Below, one piece after another: positions 34,288 through 45,653 of a stretch of 64,000 bases of DNA. The notes below the pieces were generated by a model, which was not told the origin of the DNA, searched no databases, and saw nothing but the letters and a program-made list of their open reading frames with translations. A program made the translations under genes and the position numbers. The stretch's first letter is position 1; each line of letters starts with the position of its first letter. Location of the stretch: the NCBI GenBank assembly GCA_014905635.1, contig JABVCE010000009.1, forward strand, positions 992,001-1,056,000, read 5' to 3'. Source of the stretch: Scenedesmus sp. PABB004. Lineage: Eukaryota.

Positions 34288-36579
34288 GTCGCTGGTGGGG
34301 CGGCACGCGGGCGCGCGCGCGGGGTCGCCGGCTGGCCTGGGCTGCGCAGCCGGGGGCGCGGCGCGGCGCGCCGCGCTCACGCTGCCATGGCGATCATCTC
34401 AAAGGTCCACAGCACCGCCTCCGCAAAGGTCTGACGCGGGCGGCGCGGCGCGGGCGGAGGTGAGAGGAGGAACAGCACGCAGCGGCGGCCGCTCGCCTCA
34501 AGGGACGGTCATGGCAGGCCCCAAAACCCTCCCACCGCAGCACCCCAGCGCCGACCGCACCTGCGGCGGGTAGCTGCCGTAGCCGAGGCCGATCATGGCC
34601 TGCGAGCGGGCGGCACGGGCGGCGCGGCGGCCGATCTGAGGCCTGCCCCGCCCCTCCCCCGCCCCTGCCAGTCGCGCGCCAGGCCAGGGCGCCCTCCGCC
34701 CGGCGCGGGCCCTGCTCACGCTGGTGACCGAAAAGATTGACCACAGCCAGCATCTGAACACGCTCAGCTTGTGGGTGGCCAGGTTGATGAGCCCAAGCTC
34801 CAGCGGCCACGTGAGCTTGGGAAACTTCTGCGCACAGCAGCCGCGCGCAGCGCCGCCCGGGCAGCACGGAGCGTGAGCGCCGGCGCCGCGCGGCGACTGC
34901 GACTGACTGACCGCGCGCCCCGCACCTGCAGGCGCAGCACGAGCCAGAGGCTGCAGGCAAAGTAGTGCAGCGCCAGCAGCAGCGCGCTCGCCGACACGAC
35001 GACCAGCCGCAGGCTGCGGGCGCGCACGGCGGCGGACAGCGGGCGCGCTCGGCGGGCGGGCCCGCGGCCGCCGTCGCCGCTGCCGCCGCGCGGCGCGCGC
35101 GCGCGCCCGCCGCTGCTGCCGGTGCCCTCGCCGGCGCGCGCCTGTAGTTGTAGTTCCTCCGCGTGGCCGGCAAGTAGTTCATGAAGCGAAAGGGGTCGCC
35201 GTGCGCGCGCCGGGTGAGGCCGATGACCTTCAGCAGCCTGGGGCCGGTGGGCGGCGGTGGTCAGGGCGGTCAGCGGCGGTCGGGGTGGTCAGCGGCGCGC
35301 TCGGCGCAGCGCGGCCGGCGGCGCGCGGCGCGCGGCGTGCAGTCAGCCGTTCAGTCACTCGCTCACCGGTTGGAGTAGCCAAGGTTGAACGACCTGTGCG
35401 CGCCGAGCGCGGCGAGGATGCACTCGCCGGGCAGGCAGCTGACCACGTCCAGCAGCAGCCAGGTCCTGGCGTACCGCCACGCGACGACGCGCAGCCGGTA
35501 GCAGTACTCCTGCGGCGCCGCGGGGCGCGCCGGGGCGCGCGTCGCGCCGCTGCCGCTGAGGCTGCCGGCGCCGGCGCGCCCACGCAGCGGCGCGGGCTGC
35601 GCCGGCAGCTGTCTGTCGTCGTCGTTCACTGTCCGCCCGCACCGTCATGTTGGTTTCCTTGTTGAACACGTGCACGCCGGTGAGGAAGTTCAGGACGATG
35701 TCCAGCTGGCGGGCGTGACCGCAGAGTCCGGGGCGGAGGCGGGGCACGGGGCCCGCGGCGGTCAGCGTGGCGCGGCCGCCGGCCGGCGTGCGGCGCCGCG
35801 GCCCCGGCGGCCCCGGCGACTGCGGCGCACCAGGAAGGCCGCGTTGGTGAGGCCCATGAAGCGCACGCTTGGCGGCGGCTGCGGCGGCGCAAACGGCTCG
35901 CGCAGCGACACGGGGCTGCGGCCGATGAAGAAGCTGCACTCGATAGCACTCGAATAGAACGCGACCAGCACCGGGACGTACAGCAGCAGCGCGACAATGA
36001 ACACGACGAGCAAAAAGTCCCACAGGCTCCTGGGGGCGCGCTCGCGCGGGGGCGGGGATGTGACGCGCGCGGCGCGGCGCGCGGCGCGGCGGCCGCGCCG
36101 CGCCGCACCGCGGCCAGCCGTCCGGGTTCAGCATGTACCACGGCGCACGCGGGAGGCCCTGAAGCAGGATGCTGTACAGCTCCTGGGGCAGGCGGCGGCG
36201 GCGGCACCGGCACCGGCAGCAGCGGCGAGCAGCGCGGCGCGTCAGCGGTGACGCCGCCAACCGCTGCCCAGGCTGCTGCCACCCGGGGCGGGTGCGGCAC
36301 CTTGGCCTTCTGCGGGCCGTGGGGGTTGAGCTGCGCCGCTGCTGCAGCGGCGGCGCCGCCCTCGGACGCCGCCGCCACGCTAGTGAGCGGCCAGAGCGTC
36401 GCCGCCAGCAGGGCGCCGGGCTGGTCCAGGTAGCGCTTTGGTCCCCCCTCCGGAGCCTCCGGGTCCGGTTCGCAGTCGGCGGCGACGGGGCAGTCATCAG
36501 CGCGCTCGAGCTCAGCGATGCGCCGCGCGAAGGTGCGCTGCAGCTTGCGCCGCTGCTTCGCGGCGATGGGCGGGACCAT
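33121..36579 (-). CDS. Six-TM cation/K+ channel with cyclic-nucleotide-binding(-homology) domain (HCN/KCNH/Shaker-like); about 13 exons
   Basis: MLNPDGWP|RSLWDFLL (S1), LDIVLNFLTG (S2), RYARTWLLLDVVSCLP (S3), LHYFACSLWLV (S5), pore AMIGLGYGSYPPQ, C-linker RRLPTSLEERVVKYYQLRY, CNBD GDTVGEA|ALL..TVRALSNCSLLVLD. The start codon is uncertain. Confidence 0.88.
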
Positions 36580-36993
36580 CCCGCTGGCGCTGCTGCTGCC
36601 GACCGCGTTCACGTGCGCGCAGGCTGGCGGGGCGGCAGGCGGTATGCGCCGAACGCACGCCGGCAGCAGCGGCAGCGCTGGTGACACCGCCGCGCCCGGG
36701 CGACAGGGGGACGCGCGTGGACTGCCGCGCCTGCCCCAGGGACGCCGCCACGCGCGAGTGCGGCTACTGTGCTGTGTGCAAGACCGCGGCCGCCGCGGCG
36801 CGGCACGCGATGGGCGCGGCGCTCGTCATTATCGGTGGTCGCCGGCGGCTGCGCTGCGGCTGCGTCTTGCAGCAGCACGCAGCAGCGCAACTCCCAGTCG
36901 CACGCTCGCCCGCCTCGCAGCGCCCCCTGCACCGTGGGCACCGCCCCGCGGCGTGCCGCGGCCCAGCGCGCGCACCGCGCCCCTCCTCGCGTG

Positions 36994-39638
36994 TCACCGC
37001 GTGGCGAGCTCCTCCAGCAGCTCCTGGTCCTTTGCGGAGAGCGCCGGCAGGAAGGTGACGTCGCGGCACGCGGCCGCAAACTCGGCGAGCGCGGCGGGCG
37101 AGCAGCCGCCGCGCATGCGACGCATCAGCCCCGCGTGCATCAGCCCGAGCAGCGCGCGCGCAAACGGCGCCGAGTACGGCGGCGCCACGCTCTCCAGCAT
37201 CTGCGGGGCGCGCGTGCGGGTGCATTTGGGTGAGGCGACCTGTCGGCGCAGCACCGAACCCCGCGGCGGGCACAGCGGGCGCGCAGGTCGGCTAGCGCTG
37301 CCGGCGCGCGCACCAGCTGCACCAGGTGCCGGATGAGCGAGGGGTCTGCCGACGCGCTCCACTCGGCCGCCATGCGCAGCACCGGCTCCGCCGCGCCGCT
37401 GACCATGATAGCGACCAGGAACACCAGCACCGCCTTGGCGAGCTCGGGCCGCGTGCTGCCCAGCGCGGACAGCACCGAGCGCAGCACGCCCAGCACCTGC
37501 GGCGACCACGGCCGCGGCGGCGCGTCGGCACGGCGCCGCGCGCGCGCGGCGGCGGGCCCCGCGGCGGCGGCGGCGCGGCGCGTGGCGGCGGCGGGCGCGC
37601 GGCGCCGGGGGCGCGGCGCGCGCCTGCGGGATGAGCGACGGCTGCTCGCACGCGACGCGGTGCAGCAGCGAGAGGTGGTTGGGCAGCACAAGCGCGATGC
37701 GGTCCTCGGCGTACAGGGCCTCGTCAGACAGCGCGGCCCGGCTGTGCTGCAGCAGCCCTAGCGCCGCGACCGGCTGCTTGCACACCTCCGCCGCGTCCTC
37801 GAGGTCGGCGGGGCGCAGCCTCGCCGCGCCGACCTGCTCCGCGAGCGCGAGCGCCTTGTGCAGCAGCGCGGCGACGCCGCCGGGGCTCAGCGCCGGCGCA
37901 ACCGCGGCGGGGCTCGCGCCGCGCTCGAGCGCCGCCTGCGCCGTGTCGCGCGCGCCGCCGCCGGGTCCGAGTCCCTGCTGCTGCTGCTGCTGCTGCTCCA
38001 GCTGCTCGCGGCTACTGCCCGCAACCGCCAGCGCGAGCAGCTGCGTGCACGTCTCCCGCAGGCCGCCGCGCCCGCCGTCGGCGCCGCCGCCCGGGGCCTT
38101 GCCGTCCGCGGCGGCAAACAGGCCTGCCCGGTCGCGGTGCGGCGGGCGGGGCGCCGCCGCGTCACACCGCGGCTCGCGCACCGCCGCGCGGGCGGTGGGA
38201 CACACCGCACACGCGCCCGCCGCGCCCCAGGACGCCGCGCAGCAGGCCGCGCCGGCGCGCCCCCGCCGCCGCCGCACCTGAGAGCAAGAGCTGCATGACC
38301 TGCGGGTGGCGCAGCGGGTCGACTGGCACGGCGCCGGCCCCTGCCTGGTCGTGGTACAGCTCGTGCAGCTGCACGAGCGGCGCCGCCGCGGCCGCGAGCT
38401 GCGCCGCCGCGGCGCCGGGGCCGGCGCCGGCGACGACCGGCCCCGAGCCGCCCGGCAGCGTCGGTGCGGAGCGCATGAGCACCTCCGACACCAGCTGCGC
38501 CGCCTGCCGCTCCTCGGGCCCCGCTGACAGCGGCACAAACAGCGGCTGCGCGGCGGCGCGAGGGCGGCGCTGTGAGCGGGCGGGGCGCTCCGGAGGCGGA
38601 GCGGCCAGTGACGGCGCGCAGCAGCGCGCAGCAGCGGGCGGCCCTGCCCGCCTCACCAGCAGCTGGTAGACCTTTGCTCCGCCGTGCTTGGCCACGGCCG
38701 CCGCCTCGACCTCCTGCGACAGCCGCCGGAACACGCCGCCGCCGGGCCAGCCCGCGGCGGCCGCGAGCAGCTGCTGCGCGTGCACGTACGTGTGCTGGCT
38801 GCCGACGCAGCTGCCCGACACCTCCGCCGCCAGCTGCGCGAGCGCGGCGGGGCTGGCCGCGCGCGCCGCGGCGGCGAGGCGCGTCGCGAGCAGGCGGTGA
38901 TACACCTCAAAGTAGCTCGCCAGCGAGCCGCCGACCATCGACACCTCGTCCTCGTGCCCCTGCGCGCCGCGCGACGCGTCGCCGGGCGGCCGCTTTCGTT
39001 CGCGCGCGCCCGGCGCGCCCCCGCCGCCGCCGCTGGCGCCGCCGCCGCTGGCGCCGCGCCTGCTTGAGGATGCGCTGGATGGCGTAGTTGAGCAGCAGGC
39101 TGTTGCGGTGGCTCGCTGAGAGGTCGTAGATCAGCTGCCGCCCGCGCCGCTCCGCGATGAGCGCGTCGAGCCACGTCGGCGCGCCGCGCCGGAAGAGGCC
39201 GAGGAACTTGGTGGGGTCGAAGCGCTCCTTGGCGAGCTCCTGCAGCAGGCTGAACTCGTCCGGGACCTCGCCGTCCGGGGGCGGGCCGGCGCCGCCGGCG
39301 GCGCCGCCGCCCGGCCGCGGCGGCGCGGGCGCGGGCAGCCGCACGTCCGCGATGTCCAGCCACTGGCACATGATGTCACACATCTGGGCGTAGCCTGGGC
39401 AGCGCGGGCGCGGCGCGGCGCGGCGTGGCCCGCCGCCGGTGCGCGGCGGCGCAGGCGCAGCAGCGGCCGGCGGCGCACCCTGGTAGTTTTCGCTCAGGTC
39501 CTCGATCGCCGACTGCGGCTTGCCGCCCGCGCGCAGGTACTCCTTGAGCAGGTCCAGCACGCCGACCTCCAGGACGCTGTCGGGCGCGCGCAGCTGCGCC
39601 TCCAGCTCCGCGAGCGCCTCGTCGTTCGCGGCCGCCAT
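36994..39638 (-). CDS. NELFCD: Negative elongation factor C/D (TH1-like), 7 exons
   Basis: PDSVLEVGVLDLLKEYLRAGGKPQSAIEDLSENYQ|GYAQMCDIMCQWL..FDPTK..PTWLDALI..RQLIYDLSASHRNSLLLNYAIQRI..SQHTYVHAQQLL..RRLSQEVE..DPSLIRHL|..PPYSAPF matches the TH1 family. Confidence 0.9.
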
Positions 39639-40056
39639 CGCCGCGCCGCGCCGCCGCCGCGGGCGCTCGGCGGGCTGCGCGCGCTACGGCATGCGGTGCG
39701 GCGGCCGCGGGCGCTTCTACTGTGACCGATGCAGGGCCGCCAGCAGGGCGCGGGCGGCGCAGCAGCAGCGGCAGTGCCGTCTGTCTCGTGTGCGGTCTGT
39801 CTCGTGTGCGCCCTGGCCGGCGCTGCGCGTGTGTTTGTGGCACGCATGCGGCAGCGCTGGCAGCGCTGGGGCGCCGTCGTGGGTTAAACCAAAAATCTTC
39901 GTGTGCGCCGCGCGCGGGGCCGCCGGCGGCGCCACGGGGCACGGCCGGCCCTGGCCCCCGCCCGAGCAGCAGCAGCCCTCCCCGCACCGCGCAGCCCCTC
40001 GTCGCCTCTCCCCCCTCGCCCCGCGCCCGCGGTCACTCAGGCGCCGCGGTCACACG

Positions 40057-40592
40057 TCACTTCTTGCGCTTGTAAATCTTGGCCAGCAGGCTCGAGAACA
40101 CGGGCTTGGGCAGCAGGCTCTGCTCCTCGATCGTCGCGAGCAGCTTTGCGTGGCTGGCCGCCTCGTACGCCTCAAACTTGGCCGCGATGCCGAGCTCGCC
40201 GTACACGGCCTTGACCGCCGCGACCGCGGCGGCGTCCTTCTTGCCGTAGTTGGCCTGCGACCGCGGCGGCGGCGGGCGAAGGGCGGCGGGCGGGGGCGGG
40301 GAGGGTGGGGGTGAGGGGGGCGTGGCGGGAGGGGCGGCGGGAGGGGCGAAGCGTGCCGGCGGCGGCGGCGGGTGCGGGTGGCGCGGCCGCGCGCGCCTTG
40401 ATCGTCTCGCGCTGCGCCTTGCTCGCGCACTGCAGCGCGGTGCACACGAGCCAGCAGCACTTTGCGTCCTCGATGTCGGTGCCGACCTTGCCGATGACGG
40501 CGGGGTCGCCGTAGCAGTCGAGGTAGTCGTCCTGGATCTGTGTGTGTGTGGGCGGGTGGGTGGGTGGGTGCGTGGGTGTGTGGTGTGTGTGT

Positions 40593-40624
<32 letters not shown>

Positions 40625-42807
40625 CGGCGGGTTGAACCGCGGCGGGTCGAGACCACGGGGGCGACCATGCAGCGCGTCGCCACATGCCTGCCGCGGTGCG
40701 CATGCCCCTCGCCGGCCGCCCTCCCTTGCACTGCTCCCCTCCCCTCCCACACCCACCCACACACACGCCCACCACCCCACGCACGCCCACCTGGAAGTAG
40801 CGCCCCATCTCCTCGCACACCGAGCGCGCGAGGTCGTACGCCTCGGGGCGGCCCTCGCCCGCGAGGCAGAGCCCCGCCGCGACGGGGAGGTAAAAGGTGT
40901 AGTACGCGGTCTTGAATGTCACGATGCGCAGGTACGCGTCCATGGTGTAGCGCGAGAGGTCCTCCGCGCCCGGCGGCGCGGTCGTGAGGTCGAGCAGCTG
41001 CCCGTGCGCGGTCTGGTACGTTGTCTGGGCGGCGCGGCGCGCGGCGCGCGGCGCGCGGGGGCGCGGGTCGGCGCCGGCCGTCGCGCTGCTCCCGCCGCCG
41101 GCCGTCGCGCTGCTCCCGCCGCCGGCCGTCGCGCTGCTCCCGCCGCCGGCCGTCGCGCTGCTCCCGCCGCCGGCCGTCGCGCTGCTCCCGCCGCAACGCG
41201 CGGCGCGCGCAGCAGCGCGCGCGTTCCCACGTGCAGCAGCACGCACAGCGCGCGCGCAGCGCGCACGGGTGCCGCCGCCGCCGGCGCCGCCCCACCTCGA
41301 GGAAGAGGTCGAGCAGGCGGGCGTAGCCGGGGGTGGCGGCAAAGTGCGCCTTGAGTATGCGGTAGATGCAGGCCTCCAGCAGGATGTAGTCGTTGCACGC
41401 GACCATGCCCACCTGGCGCGACCGCGGCGCCAATGCGTCATGGCGTGGCATCGCGCGTGCGGGCGAGCGAGCGAGGCGCGCGCGTGCAGCCCGACGCGCG
41501 CGCGCGGCGCGTGGGGCGGGTCGCGGCTGGCGCGCGCGGGCGCACGCGCCGCACCTTGGGCTGCTTGTACCAGCAGGGCTGCCCCCGGCGCGTGATGGAG
41601 CCGTCCATGATGTCGTCGGCGACCAGGAAGAAGGCTTGCAGCTGCGCGGCGGCGCGCGCGGGCGGGCGGGACGGCGGCCGTCGGCGCCGGCGTCGGCGCG
41701 CGTGCGGCGCTGCCCCCGCCAGCCCCCCCCCCCCCCCCCCGCCGCCGAGGCGCCGCGACGCACCCACTCGATGCACCAGCCCAGCGCGTTGGCCTTAAAG
41801 ATCTCTTCCTTGCTCAGGTTCTGCGGCCGCAGCCGCAGCAGCAGCCGCGTTCGGGGGCGCTGCCGCGGCACGCGCGCGCGCCGCCGCTCGTGCACGGGCG
41901 CACGCGCACGGGCGCGGTCGCGGTCGCGGCGCACCTCCGCGCCCTTGATGCTGGCCAGCACGTCATACACCGCCATGCCGCGGTTCAGCTTGCCGCCGGG
42001 GACGTTGTAGTCCAGCATCTGCGCCGCGCGGCAGCGGCAGCGACAGCGGCAGCGACAGCGGCAGCGACAGGGCGGGGCGCGGCGCCGTCGGCGCACGCCG
42101 CGCGGCCGCGCGGCCGCGGCGCCGCCCGCGGCCGAGCAGCCGCGGCGCCGAGCAGCCGCGGCGCCACTGCGGCGCCGGCCGCCTGGCAGCGGCGGCTGCG
42201 GCGCCGCCGCCTCCGCCGCGGGCGGCCGCCGCCGCCGCCCCTGCCGCGCGCTGGCACCGGCGCCGGCGCATTCGCCGCCCGGGCGCGGGGCCTGGCCGCC
42301 CGCCGCGCGGCGGCGGGCGCGCACCTCGCGCATCCAGCTGCGCGCGTCGGCGGGCTGGCCCTCCAGCAGCTTGTCCGCGAGTATCTCGTCGCGCAGGACG
42401 GCATAGACGTCCAGGAAGGCCTGGCGCGCGCAGCAGCAGCGGGCGCGCGCGACGGCGGCGCGGCGGTGCGCGTGACGGCCCCACATTCGGGCCGCGTCAG
42501 CTGCTGCTGCTGGCCGGGACCCCGACGCGTCTGGGGCGGCGCCCGCGCGGCCCTGGGCGCGGCTCTGCGCGCCGGGAGGGCGTCCCATCACGCGGCGCTG
42601 CTGCCCAAACCGCCCAACCGCGCCCCTCGGCCGCCCTGCGCCGCCGCGCACCTCGCGGGTGTGCATGTAGTCCGACCGCGCCTTCTTGGCGCTGGGCGGC
42701 GCCTCCGGCGGGGCCGCGGTGGCCATGGTGGCGGGCCGGGAGGCGCCCTCGAGCGCGACCAGCGCTCGCTGCGCGAGACAGGGCAGGCGCGCCAACCGTG
42801 CCAGCAT
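40057..42807 (-). CDS. FPS: Farnesyl diphosphate synthase (9 exons)
   Basis: [45 protein letters not shown] (FARM), [33 protein letters not shown] (SARM), C-terminal KIYKRKK. In-frame ATGs at 42807 and 42726. Confidence 0.97.
40593..40624 (+). repeat. Poly-G homopolymer (about 32 nt) preceded by GGGT/GT repeats, inside an FPS intron
   Basis: Read directly from the sequence. Confidence 0.9.
41073..41192 (+). repeat. Perfect 24-bp minisatellite x5 (GCCGGCCGTCGCGCTGCTCCCGCC) in an FPS intron
   Basis: Five consecutive identical units with no spacers. Confidence 0.92.
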
Positions 42808-43027
42808 CGCCCGACTGCGCGCCCGCCCCCGGGCGCGGCGTCTTGTGCCCGGGCCGCTCCGCCCGCCCCGCTGCCCGCTGCCCTCGCTGAAGACGCACGC
42901 CCGCCCCGCGCCCGCCACAGCGCATGGCACGCACCGCTCCGAGCGCCTGCTGTGAGGCGGCCCAGAGCAGCACACGGCGACAAGCGCGGACCTGAGCAGC
43001 AGCGACCTCAGCTCGACGCCGTGCGCG

Positions 43028-43327
43028 ATGTCTCGCGGCAACCAGCGCGACGTGAGCCCGCAGTGCGGTGGTCCTGGGCGCGGGGGCGGCGCGGCGCGGC
43101 CCCGCGGCGCCGGGCGGGCGGGGAGGCCTTCGCCGCGCCCACGCACGCCCGCCGCGCCCGCGCCGCAGACGGACCGGGCCCGCGCGGCCAAGCGGGCGGG
43201 TGCCAAGGGCACGCCGGCCAAGGAGAAGGACGGCCTGACCGCGGCGCAGCGCAAGGAGCGCGACGCCAAGGCGCTGCAGGAGAAGCTGGCCGCCAAGCAG
43301 GCCTCGACCGCCGGCGGCGGCAAGTGA
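43028..43327 (+). CDS. SERF: Small EDRK-rich factor (SERF/4F5 family); exons 43028-43051 and 43169-43327
   Basis: MSRGNQRD|TDRARAAKR..DGLTAAQRKERDAKALQEK is the 4F5 signature; GTGAG..CAG intron. Confidence 0.92.
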   Translation: MSRGNQRDVSPQCGGPGRGGGAARPRGAGRAGRPSPRPRTPAAPAPQTDRARAAKRAGAKGTPAKEKDGLTAAQRKERDAKALQEKLAAKQASTAGGGK

Positions 43328-43811
43328 GCCCCTCCCAAAGGCGCAGGCGCTGGCCGTCATGCCGGCAGCTGCGGTGGCCGCCGCGGCGGCTGAGCGCGGC
43401 GGCTGAGCGCGGCGGCTGAGCGCGGCGCGCGGGGGAGGTGTTTTCGCCGGGCGAGCGCGCCCGGGCAGCGGCGAGGAGAGTGTGTGCAGCAGCACTGGCG
43501 GGCGGGGCTGTCCGCCCTCGTGGGGAGCTTTGCGGCCGCGCCAGGCCAGGAGAGAGAGACTGACTGAATTGCCAGCGGCGGCCGCGCGCGGGCGGGGAGC
43601 GGGCGGAGGCGGGCTGGGCCGCCGCCGCGCATGCTGCGACGCATGGCGCGGCCGCGCGCCGCGCCGCCTGCTGGCACTGGGCGCGCCGTGCGTGTTCAAG
43701 CACTTGTGCTAGGGGCGGAGCGTCGTGGCAGCGAGCGCCCTCGCTCAGGGACGCACAGTAACACTGTGCACACTCGCGTGGGCGCCGGCGCTCTCGCGAT
43801 CAATCGCCGCC

Positions 43812-45325
43812 TCACGACCGCCCCGCCGCCTGCTGCTGCTGCTCCGCCGCCTGCTGCTGCGCCGCCTGCTCCTTGAACTGCTGCAGCGCCTCCCGCGCCC
43901 CCATCACGCCCGCCAGCGCGCCGCTCGCCTCGCCGCTCGCCTCGCCGCCCCATGCCACCGGCTGCGGCGCCGCCTGGGCGTCGACCACCACGGTGTAGCC
44001 GGCCCCGCCCGAGCTGCTGCTGGCGGCGTCGCCCTCGCCGCCCGCTGCGTCGCCCTCGCCGCCCGCTGCGCTGCCGTTGCCGCCCGCGTGGCTGCTGCTG
44101 CCGCCGCCGTCGTCGCTGCCGCGGCCGCTCGCCTCTGCCGCCGACGCGGCCGCGGCTGCGGCGGCGCCCGCGCCCGCTGCCGCGGGCACCCCGGCAGCGG
44201 TGCTGGCGCCAGCTGGGCTGCTGCCGGCGCCGTCGCCCTCCAGCACGCGCTTCCGCGCCGACAGCAGGCCCTCCTCCACGAGCCGCGCCTGGCGCTCCAG
44301 CTCGGCGCGCTCCGCCTCGGCCTCGGCGAGCGCGTTGCGGCGGTCAATCTCAGCCTCGAGCGCAGCCGACTCGAGCTCGAGCGGCGGCGGGCCGTCGTCG
44401 TCGCCGTCCTCGCTGCCGCTGCCCGCCGCCGCCCACGCGGGCGCGGGCACGGCCCGCGTCGGCAGCGGCTCCGCCTGCGCCTCAATGTCGGCCTGCGTCT
44501 GCGTCTGCGGCGCGCCCTCGTCGTCCTCGCCGCGCTTGCGCGCGCGCGCCATCGCCTCGTTGGCGCGCGCGATCGCTGGGAAGAGGCTGCGGTTGTTCTC
44601 GGCCGCCACGGTCACCAGGAAGAGCGACGCGGCGCCGCCGATAAAGACCGTCCACACCTGCGGCGGCGGGCCGCGGGCGCGGGGGGTGAGCGTTGCTGGC
44701 CGTCGTCGTGGCGCGCTGCTGGCTGTTGTGGCGCTGGGCGCGCGCGTGCGCTTGCAGGGCTGCTGGCGCGGGCGTGCAGCGCGTGCCGGCCGCGCGACAC
44801 GCAGCACAGCGAGGCGGGCGCGGGGCCGCCCCACCTTGCCCTTGTCGATCGTCTGCTTCGGCAGCGCCTTGGCCATCGCCGTCACCTGGCTGGCAGGCAC
44901 CGTCTGCGCGGCGGCGGGCGGGGCTGGGCGCGCGGCGCGGCACGGCGCGGCGCGGCGGGACAGCGCGCCGTCGCCGGCTCGCGCCGCGGCCGCCCCCCGC
45001 GCGGCCGCACCTGCACCAGGTCCGCCGCCGCGGGCAGGGGGGCCAGCAGCGCCGCGCCGGCGAGCGCCGCGCCAAGCGCGCAGCCCGCGATCCGCTGCAT
45101 CGCCGCCGGCGCCGTCTGCTGCTCCTGTACGCGGGCGCGCGGCGCGCGTGAGCGGCGCGCCGCCTCGCCGCCGGGCGCGGCCGACGCGCGCCGGGGCCCG
45201 CGCTCCGCCCCGCCGCGCACCCGTTGGGACGCTGCGCAGGCCAGCCTGGCGCGGCGCGGGCCCCCCGAGGCCGCGGCCGGCGCAGGCCGCAGAGCACGCG
45301 CATGCGCGCGCGCCGCCGTCGCCAT
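43812..45325 (-). CDS. Plastid (probably thylakoid) single-TM protein of unknown function (4 exons)
   Basis: Transit peptide MATAARAHARALRPAP..RLACAAS, lumenal-type signal ..GAALLAPLPAAA, TM segment VWTVFIGGAASLFLVTVAA, then ENNRSLFPAIARANEAM and an acidic coiled coil. Confidence 0.65.
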
Positions 45326-45653
45326 GGTCGTCCCCGGGCGCCTGGCGATCTGTGGGCCGTGCGCGGCCAGGATCCGGGGGCGCGATTGGCCGCAGGCGGG
45401 CGGAGAAGCCTGCTGCGTCTTCGTCGGCCCGGGGCGTTGCGGGGAGGGCGCTGGGAGTGCGCCTGGGAGGTTGAAAACCGGCAGGGCGCCGCGAGCGCTC
45501 GCCTCGTCGCCGCCGCCGTCGCGACGCCCGCGGCTGGCCGACTGCCGCCGCGTGCGACACAATTCGCGGCCGCCGGGCGGCCGCCCATTGGGGCCACAGG
45601 CTGTGGCTGCAGCAGGCAGGGAGCCCCACGCCCGCCGCCGCCGAAGTCGCTGC

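Noticed and set aside
41073..41192. 24-bp repeat as a CRISPR array
   Set aside because: Units are directly adjacent with no spacers, there are no cas genes, and it lies in a eukaryotic intron.
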